Made by a program: the position numbers and the translations under genes
Notes under the pieces: model-generated
Database searches by the model: none
Told to the model about the DNA's origin: nothing
What the model saw: only the letters and a program-made list of their open reading frames with translations
Assembly (NCBI GenBank): GCA_014879655.1
Contig: JACSRS010000102.1
Span: forward strand, 1,617-65,616
DNA length: 64,000 nucleotides
Direction: 5' to 3'
Origin: Burkholderiaceae bacterium
GTDB taxonomy: Bacteria > Pseudomonadota > Gammaproteobacteria > Burkholderiales > Burkholderiaceae_C
Shown: positions 49,155 to 58,357 of the stretch, piece by piece
How positions within the stretch are numbered: the stretch's first letter is position 1
Layout: each line of letters opens with the position of its first letter

Positions 49155-49792
49155 CGTTGAATGAACGGTTCGAAGCGCTCCTGCAGAACCTGCCACTGGT
49201 CGCGATCCTGCGGGGCGTAACGCCTGAAGAAGTGGTGGCGGTCGGCCAGGTGCTGTATCAGGCGGGCTTTCGCATCATCGAAGTGCCGCTCAATTCGCCC
49301 GAACCCATGTTGAGCATCCGCCGGCTGCGCGACAGCTTGCCGGACGATTGCATCGTCGGCGCAGGGACTGTGACCTCCGCAGCACAAGTCGGCGAGGTGC
49401 AAGCCGCCGGTGGCGAGATCATCGTGATGCCGCATGCAGATGCGGCGGTGATCGGGGCGGCCAAGGCGGCAGGGCTGCTGTGTGCGCCCGGTATTGCGAC
49501 GCCGACCGAAGCCTTCGCCGCGCTGGCAGCCGGTGCCGATGCGCTCAAGCTCTTTCCGGCCGAACTGCTCAGCCCCGCGGTGCTGGCTGCGCTGCGGTCC
49601 GTCGTGCCGCCGGAAACGGTGATGTTGCCGGTGGGCGGCATCACACCCGACAACATGACGCCCTACCTGAAGGCGGGCGCCAGGGGCTTCGGGCTGGGGT
49701 CGGCGCTTTACCGCGCGGGCCAGTCGCTGGCGCAGACCGAGGCCAACGCGCAGCGATTCGCGATGGCCTGGCAGGCGGTCAGGCGTGGGTGA
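49151..49792 (+). CDS. dgoA: 2-dehydro-3-deoxy-6-phosphogalactonate aldolase
   Basis: 213 aa. LVAILRGVTPEE, IEVPLNSP, LKLFPA. KDPG/KDPGal aldolase family. Confidence 0.8.
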   Translation: MTLNERFEALLQNLPLVAILRGVTPEEVVAVGQVLYQAGFRIIEVPLNSPEPMLSIRRLRDSLPDDCIVGAGTVTSAAQVGEVQAAGGEIIVMPHADAAVIGAAKAAGLLCAPGIATPTEAFAALAAGADALKLFPAELLSPAVLAALRSVVPPETVMLPVGGITPDNMTPYLKAGARGFGLGSALYRAGQSLAQTEANAQRFAMAWQAVRRG

Positions 49793-49871
49793 GTGCGGAA
49801 GGGGCGGCAGAGGGCGGAAGACGGCGGCACAAGGTCTCAAAGGTCTGAGGCCTTGGCCATGAAAATCCTGA

Positions 49872-49962
49872 AAAGGTAGCTTCAAATGACCATTCGACGC
49901 TGGGTTGAGTCGATTTTTTCTTGAAATTTTCCTGCAGAAACCCCAGGGGTCCCCCTCTGGGT
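49872..49962 (-). repeat. Copy D of the dispersed gene-3'-end repeat
   Basis: Reverse complement reads CCCAGAGGGGGACCCCTGGGG hairpin, T/A-rich tract, then CGACTCAACCCAGCGTCGAATGGTC...GCTACC. Lies 3' of the minus-strand DUF2917 gene. Confidence 0.8.
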
Positions 49963-50050
49963 AATCGCGATTTCCCGCAAGGCAGGATGGCGGCTCCCGG
50001 TGCTGCGCTTTCCCGGACAGAGGCTTTTCTGGTTGTCTGCCGGTGAATGG

Positions 50051-50401
50051 TCACGCCAGCGTGAACCTGCCGGCATCCAGCGCGTGGATCGCCAGGCGAG
50101 AAGCGCTGTCGCAGCGATGCGATTCACCCGCTTGCAGGATGATGTCCTTACCGACGCCGTCTTGTGTCAGCCAGAGGGTACCTTCCAGGCAGTGGATATC
50201 ACGCAACATCGGCTGCTCTACCCAGAAGGTACGTCCCTTGTCCAGAGTCCCGGTCAAGGCTGCTGCAGTGGCAGGCCGTGCCTCGGCATGCAAGCTGCTG
50301 CGCATTGCAGCCAGCCACCTGCCCAGATGGCGGGCCAAGGGCCGGATCAAGGAAGGGATGGTCAAGCTGCTGCTACGGGTCAGGTGAGTGGCTGTGTTCA
50401 T
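50051..50401 (-). CDS. DUF2917-like small protein
   Basis: 116 aa. LEGTLWLTQDGVGKDIILQAGES resembles the DUF2917 core as I remember it. Divergent from the STAND regulator. Confidence 0.5.
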   Translation of the reverse strand: MNTATHLTRSSSLTIPSLIRPLARHLGRWLAAMRSSLHAEARPATAAALTGTLDKGRTFWVEQPMLRDIHCLEGTLWLTQDGVGKDIILQAGESHRCDSASRLAIHALDAGRFTLA

Positions 50402-50481
50402 TTCAGGCTCCTGGGTGATGGTGTCCCGGCGAAATGTCAGGGCATGGCTGTAATGTCTTTCCGGCCGGGGGGAGTCGTCTT

Positions 50482-50518
50482 TAAGCCTTGCTAAGCCGGT
50501 GCTAAACGTTCCTAATCC
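50482..50518. promoter_or_regulatory. Four phased direct repeats TAA(G/A/T)C(C/G) at 10-11 bp spacing (candidate winged-helix binding array)
   Basis: TAAGCC 50482, TAAGCC 50492, TAAACG 50503, TAATCC 50513. They lie in the 167-bp divergent intergenic region, 50-90 nt upstream of the regulator start. Confidence 0.4.
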
Positions 50519-50568
50519 GAGGCACTCAGGGGCACAATGAGACTTCGCCGTCTTCCTGAAGGCCTTTC

Positions 50569-53166
50569 TTGCTCCCCTCCCACCGTTTCGGCCGCTTTGA
50601 AGTTCAGCCGGCGCAACGCCAGCTGCTGGTGGAAGGCCAACCCGCCGTGGTGGGTGCGCGTGCCTTCGACCTGCTGTTGTGCCTGCTGGAGCGCCGCGAC
50701 CGTGTGGTGGGCAAGGACGAATTGATGAACCAGGTCTGGCCTGGTGTGGTGGTGGAAGAGAACAACCTCACCGTGCAGGTCTCGGCACTGCGCAAGGTAC
50801 TGGGCGCCGATGCCATTGCCACGGTGGCCGGGCGCGGCTATCGCTTCACGTTGCCGGCACTCGACCAGGCTGCGGCGGACATCTCGCTCGGCGGTACTGC
50901 GCTTTCAACCGCGTCACCGGCGACACCCGCTGCGCCGCACAACCTGCCTGCCGAGCGATCCAGTTTTATCGGGCGCGAGAAAGAGATCGCCGCCGTGCGG
51001 CAGGCCTTGCGACAGCACCGTCTGGTGACACTCACTGGCATCGGCGGCTCGGGCAAGACGCGGCTGGCGTTGCGGCTGGGTGCGCTGGAGATGGCTGCGG
51101 CTCCCATCCGCTTTCCGGACGGCGTGTTCTTCGTCGATCTGGCACCGGTTGGTGACGAGGAACTGCTGACGGCGACGATGGCCGGCGCCTGCGGTGTGCT
51201 GCTTGGCGAGGGTGCAGGCCTGTCTGGCGCCTCGCCGGATCACCGATTGATCGCGGCCCTGAAGCGGCGCGCCTCGCTGCTGATCATCGACAACTGTGAA
51301 CACCTGCTCGAAGCGGTGGCCACGCTGGTTGATCGCATCCTGGCCGAATGCCCGGACATTCACGTGCTGGCGACCAGCCGCGAAGCGTTGGGTGTGGAGG
51401 GCGAGCAAGTCGTGCAGGTGCCTTCACTGGCCGTTCCCGATCCGTCCGCGCCTGACGCAGTGACCGACGCGATGCACCTGTTTGTCGACCGCGCGCAAGC
51501 TGCGCAATCCAGTTTTGTCCTTGACTTGCAGACGCTGCCCGCGGTGGCAGAGATCTGTCGCCGGCTCGACGGCATCCCGCTGGCCATCGAGTTCGCGGCG
51601 GCACGCGTGGCGCACTTGTCGGCGCAGCAGATTGCCGGGCGGTTGGAAGACCGCTTTCGCCTGCTGAGCGGCGGGCGCCGCCGCCTGCAACGCCAGCAGA
51701 CGCTGCAAGCGACGCTCGACTGGAGCCACGACTTGTTGAGCGAAGACGAGCGCGCCGTCTTCCGTCGCCTGGCGGTCTTTGCCGGCAGTTTTGCACTGGA
51801 TGCCGCAGAAGCCGTGTGCAGCGCGGGCGACACCGCCAAAGATCAGGTGCTGGACTTGCTGGGCTCGCTGGTGGCGAAGTCGCTGGTGGGTGCGGTCGAG
51901 GGAGCGGGCGGCCAGGTGCGTTATCGCCTGCTCGAAACCGTGCGCATGTACGCGTCCGAGAAGCTCGCCGCAGACGGCGAGGCTCAGGCACTGCGTACAC
52001 GGCATGGCGACTGGTACCTGGCTTGGCTGGAAGGCATCCCGATCAAAAGCCTGCTCCACGATCTGGCCACGGTGGCGGCCGTCGGGCAGGAGATCGACAA
52101 TCTGCGCGCGGCGGCCGACTGGTGCCAGGTGAACGAATGGCCCGAGCGCCTGGCCCGCATGACCGCCCGAATGTACGGTTACTGGTGGCTGGGTGGCGCG
52201 GGCCTGGAAGGCCTTCGATGGTCTCAGATTGCCCTTGCGGCCGGCGAACGGCTGGCCGTGGACGAACGCGTCGCCTGTCACGCGACCGTCGCCTTGATCA
52301 GCACCGTTCAGCTCGACAACGCTGTGGCCATGGAGCATGCGAATCGCGCGGTCACCCTGGCAGACGGGAAGAACAACACATTCGTGGAGACGGCGCTCAG
52401 CATGCGGGCGTTCGGTGCGTCGGTATTGGCGGCCGTGCCGGGCGCAGACCCAGGGCTGGCTTTGAATGCACGCGCTGACGCCGGGCGTGCCGTATCAATG
52501 GCGAGCGCTGACATGACAATGGCCAGGGTATCCGGGCCGATGTACACCTTTGGGCAGATTGAAATCAACCTGGGCGACATCAACGCCGCGACGCATTGGT
52601 ATGAAGGGATCGTCCATTCACGTCAGGAGCCCGAGGTAACCGGCGTGTACTTTCCCCTGGCACTGGCCGGGTTGGCGGTCACGCAGCATCTGCTGGGCCA
52701 CACCGAAGCCGCACTGCACGCCGCACTCGACTACCAGGCTCGCCGATCGTCGACCCTGAGCAATTTGCCGTGGTTTCAATCCGCCACCATCGAGATAGCG
52801 CCCGCCCTCGTTGAAGGCGGTCAGCGGGCGCACGCCATTGCGCTGCTGCGTGAAAGCGAGCGGTCTGTTCGCACGTTCGGATTTCCCATGGCCGAGAACC
52901 ACCTGCTGTGCGTTGCCGCCGTCGTGGAGTATTTGCTGGGCAACCCGCATCGCGCGAGCCGTTTGCTGGCGGCATCGCGCCGGCTGGCGGGGGCGGCCGA
53001 CCGGTCGATTCCTTTTCGCACGCCCTCCCATTGGGCCTATTACCGCCATTACCAGCCGCTGGTGCGCGCAGCGCTCGGCCCTGACGAAAGGCAGCGTACC
53101 CGCGATGAAGGTCAGGCCATGTCGATGGACGAGGCGATGGCCTGTGCGATGGCGGGACTGCGATGA
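50569..53166 (+). CDS. STAND-type regulator: OmpR/PhoB-type winged-helix DNA-binding domain + P-loop NTPase + helical-repeat C-terminus
   Basis: 865 aa, TTG start. N-terminal wHTH FGRFEVQPAQRQLLVEGQPAVVGARAFDLLLCLLERRDRVVGKDELMNQVWPGVVVEENNLTVQVSALRKVLG...GRGYRF. Walker A LTGIGGSGKTRLA, Walker B LLIIDNCEHL. Long helical C-terminus. Confidence 0.8.
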   Translation: MLPSHRFGRFEVQPAQRQLLVEGQPAVVGARAFDLLLCLLERRDRVVGKDELMNQVWPGVVVEENNLTVQVSALRKVLGADAIATVAGRGYRFTLPALDQAAADISLGGTALSTASPATPAAPHNLPAERSSFIGREKEIAAVRQALRQHRLVTLTGIGGSGKTRLALRLGALEMAAAPIRFPDGVFFVDLAPVGDEELLTATMAGACGVLLGEGAGLSGASPDHRLIAALKRRASLLIIDNCEHLLEAVATLVDRILAECPDIHVLATSREALGVEGEQVVQVPSLAVPDPSAPDAVTDAMHLFVDRAQAAQSSFVLDLQTLPAVAEICRRLDGIPLAIEFAAARVAHLSAQQIAGRLEDRFRLLSGGRRRLQRQQTLQATLDWSHDLLSEDERAVFRRLAVFAGSFALDAAEAVCSAGDTAKDQVLDLLGSLVAKSLVGAVEGAGGQVRYRLLETVRMYASEKLAADGEAQALRTRHGDWYLAWLEGIPIKSLLHDLATVAAVGQEIDNLRAAADWCQVNEWPERLARMTARMYGYWWLGGAGLEGLRWSQIALAAGERLAVDERVACHATVALISTVQLDNAVAMEHANRAVTLADGKNNTFVETALSMRAFGASVLAAVPGADPGLALNARADAGRAVSMASADMTMARVSGPMYTFGQIEINLGDINAATHWYEGIVHSRQEPEVTGVYFPLALAGLAVTQHLLGHTEAALHAALDYQARRSSTLSNLPWFQSATIEIAPALVEGGQRAHAIALLRESERSVRTFGFPMAENHLLCVAAVVEYLLGNPHRASRLLAASRRLAGAADRSIPFRTPSHWAYYRHYQPLVRAALGPDERQRTRDEGQAMSMDEAMACAMAGLR

Positions 53167-53425
53167 GTTCGGGTGGTAACCGTAGTGACGCGTTGCCTTT
53201 CCGGGCGCAAGTCGTGTCGGGCGGTCAGCGAATTCAGCCAACGCCCATCGGTGACCGACCGGTTCACAAGCCTGCAGCAACCAACACAGGCCACTGATGG
53301 TTTGTTCATCAGATTTTGCTGATGAGAATGTTTTAAATCATGATTTGAATTGATGAATTGGCTGATCTAAAGTCAAAGGTCCTCAGTTTCACCGTCCCTT
53401 TACTGCCTGAGGAAGAGGAGATCCC

Positions 53426-54178
53426 ATGACGCAATCCCGTACCCCGCCCGCCCTGCAATCCCTCGTGTTTGATGTCGACGGCACGCTCGCCGATTCCGAA
53501 AATGCCCACCGGCTGGCGTTCAATCATGCTTTTGCCGAACTGGGCATGGACTGGCAGTGGGATGAAGCCACGTATACCGAGCTGCTCACCGTCTCTGGCG
53601 GCAAGGAGCGCATTGCCCACTACTGGCACCAGCGCCACCCGGACGTCAAGGCGCTGGACGGCCGGGCTTTGGCCGACACCGTGGCGCGTATCCATGAATT
53701 GAAAACCGCTGCCTACGAGCAGTCAGTGCAGCAGGGCGCGGTGCAGTTGCGCCCCGGCGTGCTCAAGCTGATCGAGGCGGCCACCGATGCCGGGCTGCGT
53801 CTGGCCATTGCCACAACCACATCGCCGGTGAACATCGCCGCGCTGATGCGTGCGGCCATCGGACCGGACTGGACGCAGCGCTTCCAGGTGATCGAAGATG
53901 CATCGACGGCGCCTGTGAAAAAGCCCCACCCGCAGGTGTATCTCCAGACGCTTGCGCGGCTGCAATTGCCAGCGGCCGCCTGTCTGGCTTTTGAGGACTC
54001 CGCCAATGGCCTGGCGGCTGCCACCGGTGCCGGACTGGCGACCATCGTCACGCCCACGCGCTACACCGCGCACCAGGACTTCAGCGCAGCCTTGCGGGTG
54101 CTGCCGGATCTCTCCGGCGTCACAGTCGCGCAATTGCGTGAGTGGCATCGCGAGATGCCCGCTGCCGCATCCGCCTGA
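53426..54178 (+). CDS. cbbY: HAD-superfamily phosphatase, CbbY-like
   Basis: 250 aa. LVFDVDGTLADSENAHRLAFNHAFAELGMDWQWDEATYTELLTVSGGKERIAHYW is very CbbY-like. Later FEDSANG. Confidence 0.8.
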   Translation: MTQSRTPPALQSLVFDVDGTLADSENAHRLAFNHAFAELGMDWQWDEATYTELLTVSGGKERIAHYWHQRHPDVKALDGRALADTVARIHELKTAAYEQSVQQGAVQLRPGVLKLIEAATDAGLRLAIATTTSPVNIAALMRAAIGPDWTQRFQVIEDASTAPVKKPHPQVYLQTLARLQLPAAACLAFEDSANGLAAATGAGLATIVTPTRYTAHQDFSAALRVLPDLSGVTVAQLREWHREMPAAASA

Positions 54179-54411
54179 GCCGCGCAAGGCATGCCTTAGC
54201 GATGCCCCGCGGTAACAGCAAGGAGCAGCGATGGCACTTCAAAGTCTTGATCGCGCGCAATCGCCCGCCTTGCTTTCCTGTCGCGGCGCGTGGCGCGGCG
54301 ACGAGTGCATCGGACCATCGGGTTAAACCCGATTTTGTTCAGGGCCGACAGCGGTTTTCATTGACGCAGGGTCGCGCTGCGACCCGGTTTCGACGAAAAG
54401 GGGGGTCTCAT

Positions 54412-54735
54412 ATGAAGTTGCTCGCTGTTTCTGTACTGGCCGGCGCGTGGCTGCTAGGTGGTGCTGCGCTGGCTCAGCAGCCCGCGATCTATCAGGGCGC
54501 CGACCTGAAGCTGGGCGAAAAGCTGATCGCCGATAACAACTGCGTGGCCTGCCACCAGAAAAAGGTGGGTGGTGACGGCAGCGCCATCTACAAGCCGGCC
54601 GGCCGCATCAACAGTGCCAGCCTGCTGCGTGGCATGGTCGAGCAGTGCAACACGGAACTGAATCTGGGCCTGTTCCCAGAAGAGGTCACTTCGATTGCCG
54701 CAGTGCTCAACCGCGACCACTACAAGTTCCGCTGA
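54412..54735 (+). CDS. Monoheme c-type cytochrome
   Basis: Track ORF 54142..54735 trimmed to ATG 54412. Signal peptide MKLLAVSVLAGAWLLGGAALAQ. Single CVACH motif. Confidence 0.7.
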   Translation: MKLLAVSVLAGAWLLGGAALAQQPAIYQGADLKLGEKLIADNNCVACHQKKVGGDGSAIYKPAGRINSASLLRGMVEQCNTELNLGLFPEEVTSIAAVLNRDHYKFR

Positions 54736-54813
54736 AACCGGGGGGGGGCCGCCGACGCATGGCCGGCACCTGATCTGGGTGTAAACCCTGATTCGGTTGC
54801 ATATCCGTTGTTA

Positions 54814-54835
54814 TATATTCGCACTTAAGAATATA
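54814..54835. promoter_or_regulatory. Perfect 7-bp inverted repeat TATATTC-N8-GAATATA in the AT-rich leader of soxC (candidate operator)
   Basis: Read directly at 54814-54820 and 54829-54835, about 90 nt upstream of the soxC GTG. It is the most AT-rich patch of the sox region. Confidence 0.4.
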
Positions 54836-54924
54836 CTTACATATGACCGACGGAGCCCGACAGGGTTTCGCTCGCCGCGGGGCACGGTGCCTTTGTCGGC
54901 ATCCGGGTCGACCAAGGAGCAGAC

Positions 54925-56289
54925 GTGAATCAGCCAGACGTTCCATCGGGCCGCATCAAGAAGGCGCCCGAAAATTTCTTGACGCGTGAAGGCATCAAGA
55001 CTGTTTTTGCCGAAGGCCGTCAAGGCCGGCGCAATTTCATCCGCAGCGCATTTGCCGCTGCGGCAGCCGGTGCAACGGCGCCCCTGGCAATGGCCCAGGG
55101 CAATCCGGTACCGGCCGAAGGCGGTGACCCGAACATCCTGAACCTGCCTGAGCATGCCAAGGGTCTGGGGCAGGGTGTCGTCACTGACGGCTACGGCAAG
55201 CCGTCGAAATACGAAGCCAACGTGCAGCGCCGCCAGAGCCCGGGCCTGACGCAGACCACTCAGGCGTCGGTGTCGTTTGCGCCGCTGCAGTCGCTGTTCG
55301 GCATCATCACCCCCAGCGGCCTGCACTTCGAGCGCCACCACCAGGGTTGGTGGGACATCGATCCCTCCAAGCACCGTTTCATGATCAACGGCATGGTCAA
55401 ACGTCCGATGGTGTTCACCATGGACGAAATCATGCGGCTGCCGTCGGTGTCACGTTTCCACTTCATCGAGTGCGGCGCCAACACGGCCGCGGAATGGGGC
55501 AACGTGGCGGTGCCGACGGTGCAGTACACCCACGGCATGATTTCGTGCAGCGAGTTCACCGGTGTGCCGCTGATCACGCTGCTGGAACTGGCCGGCGCTG
55601 ACCTGAAGAACGGCAAATTCGTGCTGGCCGAGGGTGGCGAAGGTTCGGCGATGACGCGAACCATCCCCATGAGCCTGATCCGCTCGGGCGAGGTCATCGT
55701 CGCCTATGGCCAGAACGGCGAAATGCTGCGGCCCGAAAACGGCTACCCGTTGCGCCTGGTCGTGCCCGGCGTGCAGGGCGTCAGCTGGGTCAAGTACCTG
55801 CGGCGCGTTGAGGTGGGCGATAAGCCCTGGGCGACCAAGGACGAGGCGATCCACTACATCGACCTGATGCCCGACGGCACGCACCGCCAGTACAGCAACA
55901 TCCAGGAGTGCAAGAGCGTGGTTACCACGCCGTCGGGTGGCCAGGTTCTGTTGGACAAGGGCTTCTACAACGTTACGGGTCTGGCCTGGTCGGGCCGCGG
56001 AAAAATCCGCAAGGTCGACGTGTCGGTCGACGGTGGCCGCAACTGGCGCGAGGCGCGACTGGAAACGCCGGTGCTGTCCAAATGCATCACCCGCTTCAAT
56101 CTCGATTGGGTGTGGGATGGCAAGAGCGCCATCATCCAGAGCCGCGCGACTGACGACACCGGATTCGTGCAGCCGACCTATCGCCAGCTGCGCGATGCGC
56201 GTGGCACCCGTTCGATCTATCACAACAACGCAATCCAGTCCTGGTTGGTGCAGGAAAACGGAGAAATCAAGAATGTCCAGCTTTCGTAA
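54925..56289 (+). CDS. soxC: Sulfane dehydrogenase molybdopterin subunit SoxC
   Basis: 454 aa. Tat signal GRRNFIRSAFAAAAAGA. Sulfite-oxidase family core (SGLHFERHH, FIECGAN). Followed by overlapping soxD. Confidence 0.9.
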   Translation: MNQPDVPSGRIKKAPENFLTREGIKTVFAEGRQGRRNFIRSAFAAAAAGATAPLAMAQGNPVPAEGGDPNILNLPEHAKGLGQGVVTDGYGKPSKYEANVQRRQSPGLTQTTQASVSFAPLQSLFGIITPSGLHFERHHQGWWDIDPSKHRFMINGMVKRPMVFTMDEIMRLPSVSRFHFIECGANTAAEWGNVAVPTVQYTHGMISCSEFTGVPLITLLELAGADLKNGKFVLAEGGEGSAMTRTIPMSLIRSGEVIVAYGQNGEMLRPENGYPLRLVVPGVQGVSWVKYLRRVEVGDKPWATKDEAIHYIDLMPDGTHRQYSNIQECKSVVTTPSGGQVLLDKGFYNVTGLAWSGRGKIRKVDVSVDGGRNWREARLETPVLSKCITRFNLDWVWDGKSAIIQSRATDDTGFVQPTYRQLRDARGTRSIYHNNAIQSWLVQENGEIKNVQLS

Positions 56290-57370
56290 AGCCGCATCGG
56301 CGCTGGTCCTGATCGCGCTGGCCGGCAGTGCTGTCGCGCAAACGGGTGGCAGTTACCCAGGTATCGGGCGCACGGCAACGCCCAAGGAAGTCATAGCCTG
56401 GGACATTGACGTGCGTCCCGACTTCAAAGGCCTGCCGCCCGGCTCCGGTTCGGTGGCCAAAGGCCAGGACGTCTGGGAGACCAAATGCTCCAGTTGCCAT
56501 GGGGTATTTGGCGAGTCCAACGAAGTCTTCAATCCGCTGATCGGCGGTACATCAGCCGAAGATGTCAAGACCGGGCGCGTCGCCAAACTTAAAGATCCGG
56601 CCGGTGGACGCACCACTTTCATGAAGGTGGCGACCATTTCCACGGTCTGGGACTACATCAACCGTGCGATGCCCTGGACTGCGCCGAAGTCCCTGACACC
56701 TGATGAGGTGTATTCGGTGACCGCATTCCTGCTGAACCTGGCCGGTGTGGTGCCTGAGAATTTCACCTTGTCGAACCAGAACATCGCGGAAGTGCAGCAG
56801 CGCATGCCCAACCGCAACGGCATGCAGACCAACCACAACCTGTGGCCCGGCAGCGAGTTCGGCGGCACCAAACAAAGCGACACCCGCAACACCGCATGCA
56901 TGAAGAACTGCGTGACCGAAGTCGCAGTGGCGTCCTTCCTGCCTGACTTCGCCCGTGACGCGCACGGGAATCTGGCCGAGCAGAACCGCATTGTCGGCGC
57001 GCAGAAGGGTGCAGACACGAGCAGGCCTGAGGGCAAGTCTGGCGCGCCGGCAGCAGCAGCGCCAGCCGCTGCCGTGACCGCGCAAGCCGATGCAGCGGCC
57101 AAGCCTGCTGCTGGCGGCGGCAATCAGGCGGCCATCGCGTTGCTGGGCAAGAACAGTTGCACCGCCTGCCATGGCATGAACAACAAGATCGTCGGTCCGT
57201 CGTTTGCCGATATCGCCAAGAAGTACCCCGGCAAAGCCGACTACCTGGCGCAAAAGATCCGCAGCGGCGGCTCCGGCGTCTGGGGTGCCGTGCCGATGCC
57301 GCCGCAGACACTGAGTGAAGGCGATGCGAAAATCATCGCCAACTGGCTGGCCTCCGGAGCCGGCAAGTAG
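56273..57370 (+). CDS. soxD: Sulfane dehydrogenase diheme cytochrome subunit SoxD
   Basis: Track ORF 55937..57370 trimmed to ATG 56273 (overlaps soxC by 17 nt). Signal peptide. Heme motifs CSSCHG and CTACHG separated by an Ala/Pro-rich linker. Confidence 0.85.
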   Translation: MSSFRKAASALVLIALAGSAVAQTGGSYPGIGRTATPKEVIAWDIDVRPDFKGLPPGSGSVAKGQDVWETKCSSCHGVFGESNEVFNPLIGGTSAEDVKTGRVAKLKDPAGGRTTFMKVATISTVWDYINRAMPWTAPKSLTPDEVYSVTAFLLNLAGVVPENFTLSNQNIAEVQQRMPNRNGMQTNHNLWPGSEFGGTKQSDTRNTACMKNCVTEVAVASFLPDFARDAHGNLAEQNRIVGAQKGADTSRPEGKSGAPAAAAPAAAVTAQADAAAKPAAGGGNQAAIALLGKNSCTACHGMNNKIVGPSFADIAKKYPGKADYLAQKIRSGGSGVWGAVPMPPQTLSEGDAKIIANWLASGAGK

Positions 57371-57452
57371 GGCAGAGGCGCAAAGTACGGGATTTCACCG
57401 GTACACCCCGCAGCATTTTTCATTAGCATTGGCTTATTCAAGGAGATTCGAT

Positions 57453-57911
57453 ATGCAAACCCGTCGCGAGACTCTCAAGCACAGCGTGGCCGTTGCCGGC
57501 CTGCTGGCATCCACCGGGCTGTTCCCGCAGTATGCCCATGCGGCCTACAACAAGGCCGCTTTTGAGGCCAAGAGCCTGGCCGACGTGCTCAAGGCACTGG
57601 GTGCGGGTGCGCCGGTCGAAAGCAAAGACGTCACCATCACCGGCCCCGACATTGCCGAGAACGGCGCGGTCGTTCCGCTGGGTGCCGGCACCACGGTTGC
57701 CGGCGTCAAGCAGATCCTGTTGCTGGTTGAGAAGAACCCGGCAGCCTTGGCAGCCTTGTTCAACGTCACCGACGCCGTGGAGCCCAACTTCACCACCCGC
57801 GCGAAGATGGGTCAGTCGTCGGACGTCTACGCCGTCGCCATCACCGCAGACGGAAAGGCGCTTTTTGCCAAGAAGGAAGTCAAGGTCACGCTCGGCGGCT
57901 GCGGCGGCTGA
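57453..57911 (+). CDS. soxY: Sulfur carrier protein SoxY
   Basis: Tat signal MQTRRETLKHSVAVAGLLA. Invariant C-terminal GGCGG swinging arm. Confidence 0.93.
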   Translation: MQTRRETLKHSVAVAGLLASTGLFPQYAHAAYNKAAFEAKSLADVLKALGAGAPVESKDVTITGPDIAENGAVVPLGAGTTVAGVKQILLLVEKNPAALAALFNVTDAVEPNFTTRAKMGQSSDVYAVAITADGKALFAKKEVKVTLGGCGG

Positions 57912-57969
57912 TCGCCACCATACGCTTCGTTCACGATTCATTTTCAGATAGACAGTTCAGGAGAAACAC

Positions 57970-58281
57970 ATGGCAGATCCGATGCGCATACGAGCCCAGG
58001 CCGCTGGCGATAAAGTCACGGTGCGGGCATTGATGAGTCACGAGATGGAGACCGGCCAGCGCAAAGATTCAGCCGGCAAGGTCATTCCCGCCTGGTACAT
58101 CCAGGAGGTGGAAGCCAAGCTCAACGGCAAGTCGGTGCTGACGGCCGAGTGGGGACCGTCCATTTCCAAGAACCCGTTTCTGCAGTTTGTCATCAAGGGT
58201 GGCAAAGCAGGCGACAAGGTTTCGTTGACTTGGAAAGATAACAAGGGCGAATCCCGTACCGACGAAGCCACGGTGTCCTGA
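57970..58281 (+). CDS. soxZ: Sulfur carrier partner SoxZ
   Basis: 103 aa. MRIRAQAAGDKVTVRALMSHEMETGQRKD is a typical SoxZ N-terminus. Directly after soxY. Confidence 0.92.
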   Translation: MADPMRIRAQAAGDKVTVRALMSHEMETGQRKDSAGKVIPAWYIQEVEAKLNGKSVLTAEWGPSISKNPFLQFVIKGGKAGDKVSLTWKDNKGESRTDEATVS

Positions 58282-58300
58282 CCGCGTCAGGAGCCTCAAT

Positions 58301-58332
58301 AAAAAGGGTGGGTGTCGCTCACCCTTTTTTCT
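58301..58332 (+). terminator. Intrinsic terminator-like hairpin between soxZ and soxA
   Basis: AAAAAGGGTGGGTGTCGCTCACCCTTTTTTCTTT: a GC stem flanked by an A-run and a T-run. Confidence 0.55.
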
Positions 58333-58357
58333 TTCAACCAAACCATCAGAGGTGACC

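Noticed and set aside
50537-50725. ATG-initiated 62-aa ORF upstream of and overlapping the STAND regulator start, considered as the true start via frameshift
   Set aside because: It is in a different frame with a non-protein-like sequence. The wHTH domain reads cleanly from the TTG at 50569, so no frameshift is needed.
54740-54748. G9 homopolymer just after the cytochrome c stop codon as a phase-variation tract
   Set aside because: It is intergenic and not within a coding frame or an obvious promoter spacer. G-runs are common in this GC-rich DNA.
57395-57452. TTATTC...GATTCGAT upstream of soxY as a third SoxR-type operator
   Set aside because: The half-site spacing differs from the soxR-upstream site, and the sequence overlaps the soxY RBS (AAGGAG). 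The resemblance is too weak to call.
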